A stretch of DNA of 64,000 bases, from assembly GCA_016432465.1 (NCBI GenBank), contig CP066690.1, forward strand, positions 122,702 through 186,701. Reading direction: 5' to 3'. The notes below the pieces were generated by a model, which worked only from the letters and a program-made list of their open reading frames with translations, was not told the origin of the DNA and searched no databases. Below are positions 45,201 through 52,935 of the stretch, one piece after another. The position numbers and the translations under genes were made by a program. Position 1 is the stretch's first letter, and each line of letters begins with the position of its first letter. The DNA is from Candidatus Sungiibacteriota bacterium (lineage in GTDB: Bacteria > Patescibacteriota > Minisyncoccia > Sungbacterales > HO2-52-23).

Positions 45201-45838
45201 CGCGTTGTTTACGCTTTGGAAAGCGCGGTTCCCTCGTCCCCCCCTTCTCCGCTCACGGGTTCCAGCGCGGACAAATTCTACGCGCTCCGCTCAAGGAACC
45301 CTCGGTGTTCTCCGACTACGGTCGGAGCCACCGTTTCCCCTTCGCTCCGCCTGCGTGAATTTGTAGCCGCGCTTCCACAGTTCGCGGAAGAAGGGGGGGC
45401 TCGACCGCGCTTTCAGGATTTCCGCCCCGCTTTTTGTATAGATACACGGGTTCGAGCCCCTCACTTGGTGGAAAGAATCGGAAGTGCCGCTGTCAATGGG
45501 GGGCCGGGGAGAGAAGACATCACGGAGCGGCACGGACGTCCCGCACATATCCCGAACGCAGTGAGGTTAAAGTGCGCGATCCCGTACTGTCCGCGAATGA
45601 TGACCTTGGTATTACCAAGAACTCATTCGGGATATAACGGGATCCTCGCAACTGGTAGCCGCTCACTATGTTCGCGGACAGTTGCGGGACTTAGCGAGGC
45701 GGGGAGAATAGAGGAAGAATTTTTACCCCGCCGAGCGTCTTTACACCAAGTGAGGGACGAGGGGCACCCGTGATACCTTTTTACAAAAAGCGGGGAAAGT
45801 CTGACTTCCCGGGGCGGAAAAGTGTAAACAACGCGGTT
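45201..45838 (-). mobile_element. GC-rich non-coding MITE-like structured element, copy A, with perfect 12-bp terminal inverted repeats
   Basis: Termini CGCGTTGTTTAC (45201-45212) and GTAAACAACGCG (45827-45838). The interior is about 60% GC with many hairpins. It is block-homologous, in inverted orientation, to 13525-14007, with an extra insertion of about 160 nt. It contains a GGGAAAGTCTGACTTCCC palindrome at 45794-45810. The plus-strand ORF 45216..45773 is low-complexity and judged spurious. Confidence 0.5.
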
Positions 45839-45848
45839 AAATCTTACA

Positions 45849-47006
45849 TCATAATCTACTTAGCATGAAATTAAAAATATTATCACTTCTCCGCTCCCAG
45901 GAATACTTCTCCACTTCTTTTTGGGCGGCCAGTCCGCGCTTTTTTGCCTCTTCTTGGTGCTCTTCTATATAACGAACGGTATCCGCAATTGACCTCGCAT
46001 TGTCCGGCTCAAAAAAGAATACCAGTTCTTCGTCAACTATATCGCGGATGGAGGGAAGGTCGGAAGCGGCAATGGGGCGACCAGAGGCCATATATTCAAA
46101 AAGCTTCACCGGAGAGGTTTCGTACTTTGATTCCGGAAATTTAGCGCTATTGGGCAACACTAAAACATCCGCGGCCCTTTGCCAAAGTGGAATTTCTTTA
46201 TGCGGCCTTCTTCCTACAATAATTATATTATTAGATTTTAAGTTTAAAGTTTTAAGTCTAAAGTTCTTAATATCTTCATCCGTCCCTCCCACAAAATAAA
46301 CTACCTCATCCTCGCCCAGAAACTGGTGAGCATCAAAAAGAGTATCCACTCCCTTCCAGTCAAAAAGATGACCGGTATAAAGAATTATGGTGGAGTTCTC
46401 CGGTAAATTCAGGCTCCGGCGCGCTTCCTCACGAGAAACATCAATCCTAAACATACCCACGTCCACGGCATTGGGTTGATGCAGCATTCGCTCCTCGGTA
46501 ACTCTAAAATCCTGGTGGAGTTTTTTCATCTTAAGGCGGTTGGTCACGATAAAACCACTTATGGCAGAAAAAACCCAATTATTAACCTGACTCCTTCCCG
46601 ATTTATAGAAATCATGAATTTCTAAAAACATGGGTCTGCCCCAAAATTTAAGCAGCGCCGCGTCCCGAACATCGTGAAAATAAAAAACAACATCATCCCC
46701 AAGAACCCGAAACAATGCATACAAAAAAAGCGACAGGTTAAAAGTTGCCACCATCAAGATAAAAAATAAATTTCCGTGAAAAATTCCCGTAAGATCAAGA
46801 GACGGCAATCTTCTGATTACAAAATTGCGCTCTACGCCGTGATGCAAAAACGGATCCAGTTGCAAAAAGCCGCGGTTTTGACGCCACGGGACCCAGAGTT
46901 CAACCCCCAGACCCTTGCGAGCCAGCCCCTCGCAGGTTTTCATAATCAAGGGAGACATGGTTTTCTCGGAAGGGAACCGCCAATGAGAAATATATATGAT
47001 ACGCAT
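45849..47006 (-). CDS. Glycosyltransferase family 4 (GT-B)
   Basis: Start at MRIIYISHW (ATG at 47006), which abuts the upstream gene's stop at 47008 without overlap. C-terminal GT4 motifs are present. Confidence 0.65.
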   Translation of the reverse strand: MRIIYISHWRFPSEKTMSPLIMKTCEGLARKGLGVELWVPWRQNRGFLQLDPFLHHGVERNFVIRRLPSLDLTGIFHGNLFFILMVATFNLSLFLYALFRVLGDDVVFYFHDVRDAALLKFWGRPMFLEIHDFYKSGRSQVNNWVFSAISGFIVTNRLKMKKLHQDFRVTEERMLHQPNAVDVGMFRIDVSREEARRSLNLPENSTIILYTGHLFDWKGVDTLFDAHQFLGEDEVVYFVGGTDEDIKNFRLKTLNLKSNNIIIVGRRPHKEIPLWQRAADVLVLPNSAKFPESKYETSPVKLFEYMASGRPIAASDLPSIRDIVDEELVFFFEPDNARSIADTVRYIEEHQEEAKKRGLAAQKEVEKYSWERRSDNIFNFMLSRL

Positions 47007-47007
47007 G

Positions 47008-47796
47008 TTAAAATAGTTCCTTGACAATAAGAGACAGGAGACGAATCTCAAACTTGATACGCAACCACTCGTAACTCCAAGGCAGACGATAGCCGCGGCA
47101 GAAAAAAAGATTCCGCAAAAATCTGATAGTATAAGAAACTAATGTCCTTGTCTGATGCTTGATCAGTCGTAAAAGCTTTTTGGTATGAGCGCCCTCATAA
47201 ATTTTTCTCTCTAGAGGAATATAACGCTCCCAGCGCGCCTTAAGATGCTCCAAAGATTCCAATGGCACATATTCAAATCCGTTGATTATCCCAACCTGAA
47301 CCCCTTCTTTTAGTTCAATCCGCTCATGCACCGGCTTTATAAAGCTCTTGACCCAACCGCGGTGAAATAGCCGGATTTGTTGATTGGGATAGGTCATGGC
47401 ACAATCCACCACCTTTCCATCTAAAACATATTTTCGCGGCTGCCAAAAGGCATAGACGCGCGGTGCGGGACTAGTCGTAATAGAACGAATATCGGCAACC
47501 GCTTCAGGCGAGAGGTATTCGTCCGAATCAATAAACATAAACCAATCATGGCTTGCCAGACGCAGCCCCTTATTACGAACTTCCGAATAATCTTTTATAG
47601 CGACATTCGGCTCGTCGGTATCATACTGTTTATAAATTCTGCAACCGTAACGCTGTGCAATCTCGAGTGTTTTATCTATACTGTTACCGTCCAAAATAAT
47701 AATCTCGGCAAGGTCCTTCACGGATTCCAAACAGCGCTCCAGAGTTAGCGCTGAATTTCTTGTAAGAATTTCTACGGAACAAGGAATTTTGTCCAT
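47008..47796 (-). CDS. Glycosyltransferase family 2
   Basis: VEILTRNSALTLERCLESV...IILDGNSID pattern. Confidence 0.65.
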   Translation of the reverse strand: MDKIPCSVEILTRNSALTLERCLESVKDLAEIIILDGNSIDKTLEIAQRYGCRIYKQYDTDEPNVAIKDYSEVRNKGLRLASHDWFMFIDSDEYLSPEAVADIRSITTSPAPRVYAFWQPRKYVLDGKVVDCAMTYPNQQIRLFHRGWVKSFIKPVHERIELKEGVQVGIINGFEYVPLESLEHLKARWERYIPLERKIYEGAHTKKLLRLIKHQTRTLVSYTIRFLRNLFFCRGYRLPWSYEWLRIKFEIRLLSLIVKELF

Positions 47797-47863
47797 AATA
47801 GTATCTTGATATAGAACGAAGGGCGACGAGGCAAGGTTGTAGATGATTGAAGTCGAACTTCAC

Positions 47864-48580
47864 TCATAGTAGCCGTAACCGCAGGTATCTTAATTTACTA
47901 TCCACAGATACTATACAAAATATTTTTGGAATTGAGAACGCCGCACGGAATAAACACGTGCGGCGTTGAAATTTCCCAAGGATCAAAGAGCTATTCACGA
48001 GGGCGGAGGAGACGGCCAAGGGGTCCCCAGCCGCTCCTGAGCCGAGAAGGCCAATGTAAAATCCACTGCCCGCCGAGCCAGCCGAGGCACGCGACGCAGG
48101 GGTAGCCGCTCGGGCGCCGCCAAACCGTCCCGGGGAAAACCAGGTAGTACTGAGGAACTCCGCGGGGATCTCCTCCTGATGCTCCAGGAGGAACTCCGCA
48201 TCTTCCTGCCCCAGATGCGTGCCGAGCTCGTAGCGCGCCCGGCCGATCAGGTCGTAGCCTTGAATCGAGCTCTCACCCGGCCGAAGAAACGGGACGAGCT
48301 CGAGATTAACGCCAGAAGTGATGCTCTGCGAGACATGCTCAATTAGATCCCAGTTCTCCTTCCGCTTATCATAGCGGAAGTTGAGCTTTTTGCTCCTCTG
48401 CGAGATGACCCCAAACGGATTACGGTGTTCGGTCATCGCCTGCAGTTGATCAAGGCTGAGTCCCTTGGTGGGATCCTGCAGGCCCCGAATCAACTGTTGA
48501 TCAATTTCGGAGAATACCCTTCTCCGCTTCTCGAGCCAGCCCGGCATCTGATCCGGGCTCACGACGACGATTTTACCCAT
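47864..48580 (-). CDS. Hypothetical protein in a compositionally atypical (GC-rich) segment; C-terminal part low-complexity and possibly not real
   Basis: The first 150 or so residues have ordinary composition; the remainder is Gly/Ala/Ser-rich. The region 47990-48600 is markedly more GC-rich than its neighbours. A strong hairpin CGCCGCACGgaataaacaCGTGCGGCG sits at 47940-47966 inside the ORF tail. Confidence 0.3.
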   Translation of the reverse strand: MGKIVVVSPDQMPGWLEKRRRVFSEIDQQLIRGLQDPTKGLSLDQLQAMTEHRNPFGVISQRSKKLNFRYDKRKENWDLIEHVSQSITSGVNLELVPFLRPGESSIQGYDLIGRARYELGTHLGQEDAEFLLEHQEEIPAEFLSTTWFSPGRFGGARAATPASRASAGSAGSGFYIGLLGSGAAGDPLAVSSALVNSSLILGKFQRRTCLFRAAFSIPKIFCIVSVDSKLRYLRLRLL

Positions 48581-48701
48581 CGCCGTTTCTCCTTTCTCCC
48601 CGCCTCCAGCGGGCTTTTGGCCTCGCCTTGTCCCGCACCATGCGGGATTTCGGCAGGCCTGTTTCGTATATCCTTATTATACACTTCTTATACACCAAAA
48701 C

Positions 48702-50405
48702 CTATTTTTTTGCAAGGTACGGACCAATAGCTAAATAATCAACGTCTGTCTTTTTGAAAAACAACACAGCTTCTTCCGGAGTATTTACAATTGGCTCGCC
48801 TTTGACGTTTAGGGAGGTATTAAGCACAACCGGCACGCCGGTCTTTTGGAAAAAATACTCAATCATTTTTGCGTACAGAGGATTTGTTGCGTGAAAAACT
48901 TCTTGTGGCCGGACAGTATTATCTACGTGACATACTGCCGTAATTTTTTCCCGCCATTCGGGCTTTACGGAAAAAGACATAACCATATAAGGAGATGGCA
49001 TATAATGTTCCAGAAACTCCTCCCCGTGTCCCTCCAAAAATGAAGGACAAAAAGGACGGAAGGGTTCACGGAATTTTACTTTGGCGTTAATTATATCCTT
49101 CATCTGGGCGGTCCTCGGGTCGGCGAGCACGGAACGAGAACCCAAGGCGCGGGGACCAAATTCCATCCTGCCCTGAAACCAAGCCACAATTTTCTTCTGC
49201 GACAAAAGGTTGACAACCTCATCCGCAATATCGTCTGATTTTTTATAATTAAGACCGCTTCTGGCAAGGGACTTTTCTATTTCGGCTTGAGAATATTCTG
49301 GCCCAAGATAAAGATGCCGCAACGGCTCCGGATGCCTGCCTGTTTTTTGATAATAAAGAAGCCAAGCCGCTCCAAAAACATTACCCATATCTCCGGCTGC
49401 GGGCTGTATCCACATATTTTTTACCAGCCCAGATTCCCAGATGGCTTTATTCATTTTGACGTTTAGAGCAACGCCGCCGGCCAGACATAAACTTTCAGCT
49501 TTTAGCTTATAGCTTTTAGCTGTCAGCAGAAGCTCCCGTACGTAATAAAGCGTCGCTTTTTCCAGACGATCTTGCAAAGTCGCGGCAATATCGGTGTTGG
49601 GCTGCGGCGGCGTATCCTCCTGATACTCTCTGTTGATATTCGGAAATCGGGCCTCCAAGCTGCGGATGGAAAAAGGATAAAGCGAATAGCGGGTGTTAAT
49701 TCTCACGCCCCTATCGCCCACTGAAATTACGTCATCCATCTCGTAGACAGCTTTTCCGTAGGGCGCAAGCCCCATTACTTTGTATTCGCCATCATTTATA
49801 CGAAATCCCAAAAAATCGGTGATGGAGCCGTAAAGATAGCCGAGGGAATTAAAAATGCCGTAGCGCTTAAGCAGTTTAAGACCTCCGCCCTTCCCGTACC
49901 ACATAGAGATGGACGTCGCCTCGCCCTTGCCATCCATACATAAAATCGCTGCCTCATCAAACCCGGAACCATAATAGGCCGAAGCGGCATGGCACAAATG
50001 GTGGTCAAAAGAATAAACTTTCCGCGCTCTAACCCCCATAACTTCAAAAATCCGCTTATACGAGGCTAAGCCTCGTAGTGCCGAGAATAAACCCTGTACC
50101 TGTACCTTCACTAAAGCGAACATATAGCGAAGTTCGGTAAAATTCCGTGGTGGACGCATTAAAAAATACCAGCCCACCTTAAGAAACGTGGAGAAGTTTT
50201 TGGCACGCGCAAAAACAATATAATCCACCTCGTCCAGGGTTAAATTACGCGTGGAAAGACAGTAGCGAATGGATTTTTCCGGGAAAAAATCGGCGGCATG
50301 CTTCACCCGATTAAATCTCTCTTCCTCCACCGCCGCAATGATTTTCCCGTCCTCCAAAAGACAGGCAGCAGGGTCGTGTCCGGTTTTAAAACTTAGTATA
50401 CGCAT
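48702..50405 (-). CDS. Carbamoyltransferase (NodU/CmcH family), second paralog
   Basis: N-terminus ILSFKTGHDPAACLL...EEERFNR; 567 aa. Confidence 0.7.
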   Translation of the reverse strand: MRILSFKTGHDPAACLLEDGKIIAAVEEERFNRVKHAADFFPEKSIRYCLSTRNLTLDEVDYIVFARAKNFSTFLKVGWYFLMRPPRNFTELRYMFALVKVQVQGLFSALRGLASYKRIFEVMGVRARKVYSFDHHLCHAASAYYGSGFDEAAILCMDGKGEATSISMWYGKGGGLKLLKRYGIFNSLGYLYGSITDFLGFRINDGEYKVMGLAPYGKAVYEMDDVISVGDRGVRINTRYSLYPFSIRSLEARFPNINREYQEDTPPQPNTDIAATLQDRLEKATLYYVRELLLTAKSYKLKAESLCLAGGVALNVKMNKAIWESGLVKNMWIQPAAGDMGNVFGAAWLLYYQKTGRHPEPLRHLYLGPEYSQAEIEKSLARSGLNYKKSDDIADEVVNLLSQKKIVAWFQGRMEFGPRALGSRSVLADPRTAQMKDIINAKVKFREPFRPFCPSFLEGHGEEFLEHYMPSPYMVMSFSVKPEWREKITAVCHVDNTVRPQEVFHATNPLYAKMIEYFFQKTGVPVVLNTSLNVKGEPIVNTPEEAVLFFKKTDVDYLAIGPYLAKK

Positions 50406-51423
50406 TGATTATTTTCTGAATAGTATTTTCTAAACCATGCTTTTCTTCCACCAACCTGCGCAGTGTCAAATTGGGACGAGGCTCATCCGCAAGTATTTTT
50501 ATGTGCTCGGCCAGAAACTCCGGACTTCTGGTCTCAAGGAAATACGTCTCTGGCAGCAGAGATTTGAAAGCTTCGTTGGCCGTAATAATCGTAAGACCAG
50601 AGGACATAGCTTCCAGCACCGATTTGTCCATAGACCCCGTGGTGGACATAGAAATAAAAATATCGTGATCAAGATAAGCCGAAGGAACCTCGTTGTATGG
50701 TATAGAACCGTGAAAGCTAACGTAGTGTTCTAGTTGTTTTTCTTTTACCATCTTTTTAAGCGACTCCAAATAGTCATTATCACGCGGCATAAGCGGACCG
50801 CCAACAATAGAAAGAGTCCAAGCTCTCTGCCATGTATTTTTTAAAACTTCACAGGCGCGAATGGCAGTCTCAATATCTTTAACCGGTGAAATCCGGCCCA
50901 AAATCAAAAGTCGTATTCCAGAACTGGAAACTGGGAATTGGGAATTGGGAATTGGCCGGAACGTTCCCGTATCAATCGCGTGTCCGGTGTACAAGACCCT
51001 TAGAGAGGGCAGACGAAAACTTAACTCCGAAGCAGTAAAAATCCAATCCACCATACGTTCCGCCCACCTTAGAGTCGGGGTAACGCTTTTATGCACATAC
51101 CATAGCCCGCTCGGCTTTTTTAGTGACACAAGAAATGGGGCCGCCGCCATTACGTATTCTGGAATCATATGAAAAAAAACCGCATCGGTACGTGCGTAGT
51201 GATACGAGAAAAGCTCCCAAAATTTCCAAAGTTTTGCAATCCTTGAGTTTCTTTTCCCGAAGGTAAAGACTGAAACGTTTTTGGGGAGTGAGTGTACTCC
51301 TTCTTGCAGGGCAATCACTCGTACCCCATCCGTGAACTTGGCAAACTCTTCCAGCCATCGGTGAAAAAATCCGAGATTCTCGTCATTTTTATCTACTTTT
51401 TGAGTTACCACCAGTAGCCTCAT
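50386..51423 (-). CDS. Glycosyltransferase family 4 (GT-B)
   Basis: 345 aa with C-terminal GT4 motifs. Contains the heptanucleotide repeat at 50926-50955. Confidence 0.65.
   Translation of the reverse strand: MRLLVVTQKVDKNDENLGFFHRWLEEFAKFTDGVRVIALQEGVHSLPKNVSVFTFGKRNSRIAKLWKFWELFSYHYARTDAVFFHMIPEYVMAAAPFLVSLKKPSGLWYVHKSVTPTLRWAERMVDWIFTASELSFRLPSLRVLYTGHAIDTGTFRPIPNSQFPVSSSGIRLLILGRISPVKDIETAIRACEVLKNTWQRAWTLSIVGGPLMPRDNDYLESLKKMVKEKQLEHYVSFHGSIPYNEVPSAYLDHDIFISMSTTGSMDKSVLEAMSSGLTIITANEAFKSLLPETYFLETRSPEFLAEHIKILADEPRPNLTLRRLVEEKHGLENTIQKIINAYTKF
50926..50955. repeat. Heptanucleotide tandem repeat (GGGAATT)x3 plus one degenerate unit, inside the GT4 CDS
   Basis: ggaaact gggaatt gggaatt gggaatt gg. 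The unit length of 7 is not a multiple of 3. Confidence 0.5.
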
Positions 51424-51439
51424 GCCGATATTATACGAA

Positions 51440-51470
51440 TTTCTCTCTTAAATTAAAATGGCGGCACTCA
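51440..51470 (-). terminator. Terminator candidate
   Basis: Hairpin GCGGCactcataaccGCCGC with an A/T tract. Confidence 0.4.
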
Positions 51471-51511
51471 TAACCGCCGCGGGTCCAAAAAATACCCAAT
51501 GAAGAAGCCTT

Positions 51512-52189
51512 TTAGTATTCCACACTCTCTTTGCCGGTCATTAAATCAACGGAGTGAACGTGCGGAAGTGCGGAAAGAGAAGAAACAACCCTTTCAGGAC
51601 CCAGGCCCTCGGCAAGTTCAACCGCCAAAGAATATTCCATCTCCTCACCGGAAGACTTTATATGTAACACATGGTAAGTAACACCCAACGATCGGAAAAG
51701 TTCATTAAGCTTTATGGGATCAAACGCGCTGCCGGCCTGAAGCATGATAAGGTATCCTGTCCGAAAGGCCGCACCCAGACGCTTACGATGAACCACTAAA
51801 AGTGCTATGGCAATAAAAGTAAGGGCAATGCCGGCAATAGCATAATTGCCGGTGCCAATGGCCACTCCTTCTACCAGAGCGAAAAAAACATAAGCTACGT
51901 CTTTAGTATCTTTTACAATAGTGCGAAATCTTATCATGGAAAAAGCACCCAGCAGAGCAAAAGCACCGATCAAATTCTCTTGTACCACCATCATAACTAC
52001 CGAGCCCAGAGTACAAACCATCATCAGGGTCACTACAAAAGAACGCGAATAAGAAAGTCCGCGGTGGGTTTTACGATATACCCCAACAATCACCGCTGCG
52101 GCTGCAAAAGACAATAAAATATTCAGCACAATTACGGCGGCATTAAGTTCAGTGGAGGTTAAGTTGTAGAAATTTTGCATCGAAGGCAT
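51512..52189 (-). CDS. DUF4956-like integral membrane protein
   Basis: About 225 aa with 4-5 TM helices. This type typically accompanies VTC-domain and CotH genes. Confidence 0.5.
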   Translation of the reverse strand: MPSMQNFYNLTSTELNAAVIVLNILLSFAAAAVIVGVYRKTHRGLSYSRSFVVTLMMVCTLGSVVMMVVQENLIGAFALLGAFSMIRFRTIVKDTKDVAYVFFALVEGVAIGTGNYAIAGIALTFIAIALLVVHRKRLGAAFRTGYLIMLQAGSAFDPIKLNELFRSLGVTYHVLHIKSSGEEMEYSLAVELAEGLGPERVVSSLSALPHVHSVDLMTGKESVEY

Positions 52190-52206
52190 AATTAATATCT
52201 GAAAAC

Positions 52207-52935
52207 TTATCTTGGCATGGGGTGGAACGATCGTAACGCCTCCATGGCGCGGCCATATTTGGAAATACTAATTCGTTCCAGCTCCAAAAATTTAATAAGA
52301 GTTCCGAACCAAGCAGGAAGATTCTTAACAAATTTCACCTCCATAATAACCATATTTTGCTCAATCGGAACCCACGAGAAAGGATACCATAAATCGGGTT
52401 TTGCGCAAGTCTGAAGCCCGGAATCAAAAGTAATACGGAGGAGCTCACCAGCATAAAATCCTACATAAGGGCGGCGCTGATACTTAACAAGGAGCAACGG
52501 TTTACGGCACCCCATGATTATTTTGGAAAGTATGGCCTCGCCTTCCTGCCGGTATTCGTGACCGGACAAAGACTGAAAAAAAGAAGGAGCTCCTGCCTTA
52601 AGTAACTTCTCAAAATCAGAGCGTCCCAAACGGATCCTGGTTTTTCTCGTCAGGGCATCAAAACGCTCTTTGGCTTCGAGCCAAATTTCATTCGTGTTCT
52701 CGGTGATCCGGGGCGCATAAATCCTGGCCCGAACCTTAGTACGATGTAGAAACCCACCACTTTTATCGTAGTAATCGCTCTTGGGCGGGGTGTCAAAATA
52801 AAGACTCGTGACAGTATACTCCCCTGCCTGCGCATTAGTATCAGGCTTCAATCCTACAGACTGAATAAAACGCTCCGCGCGCCGCGCGGCTACGGGATCA
52901 ATAAGGTATTTAAACTCAAAACGATACTTGGTCAT
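52207..52935 (-). CDS. VTC-domain (polyphosphate-polymerase-like / CYTH-like) protein
   Basis: YRFEFKYLI...TSLYFDT...KVRARIY pattern characteristic of bacterial VTC domain proteins. Confidence 0.55.
   Translation of the reverse strand: MTKYRFEFKYLIDPVAARRAERFIQSVGLKPDTNAQAGEYTVTSLYFDTPPKSDYYDKSGGFLHRTKVRARIYAPRITENTNEIWLEAKERFDALTRKTRIRLGRSDFEKLLKAGAPSFFQSLSGHEYRQEGEAILSKIIMGCRKPLLLVKYQRRPYVGFYAGELLRITFDSGLQTCAKPDLWYPFSWVPIEQNMVIMEVKFVKNLPAWFGTLIKFLELERISISKYGRAMEALRSFHPMPR

Noticed and set aside
45440-45470. tRNA/tmRNA-like T-arm resemblance (GGGTTCGAGCCCC) inside element A
   Set aside because: No acceptor stem, no CCA-proximal pairing, and no tag-peptide reading frame could be found. The corresponding segment in copy B reads GGGGTCGAGCCCC as a simple 4-bp hairpin. 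It is treated as part of the repeat element, not an RNA gene.
45216-45773. 185-aa plus-strand ORF, Pro/Ser/Arg-rich
   Set aside because: It lies entirely within GC-rich element A. The homologous copy B has frame-breaking indels relative to it, consistent with a structured non-coding element rather than a protein.
46232-46262. Imperfect 14-bp tandem duplication (TTTTAAGTTTAAAG / TTTTAAGTCTAAAG) inside the GT4 gene 45849..47006
   Set aside because: Only two imperfect units in an AT-rich coding stretch (encoding LKTLNLK). Too short and degenerate to call a functional repeat.
49481-49530. AGCTTT-rich microrepeat inside the carbamoyltransferase gene
   Set aside because: Irregular spacing and in-frame coding (KSYKLKAESL). 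Likely chance low-complexity rather than a slippage tract.
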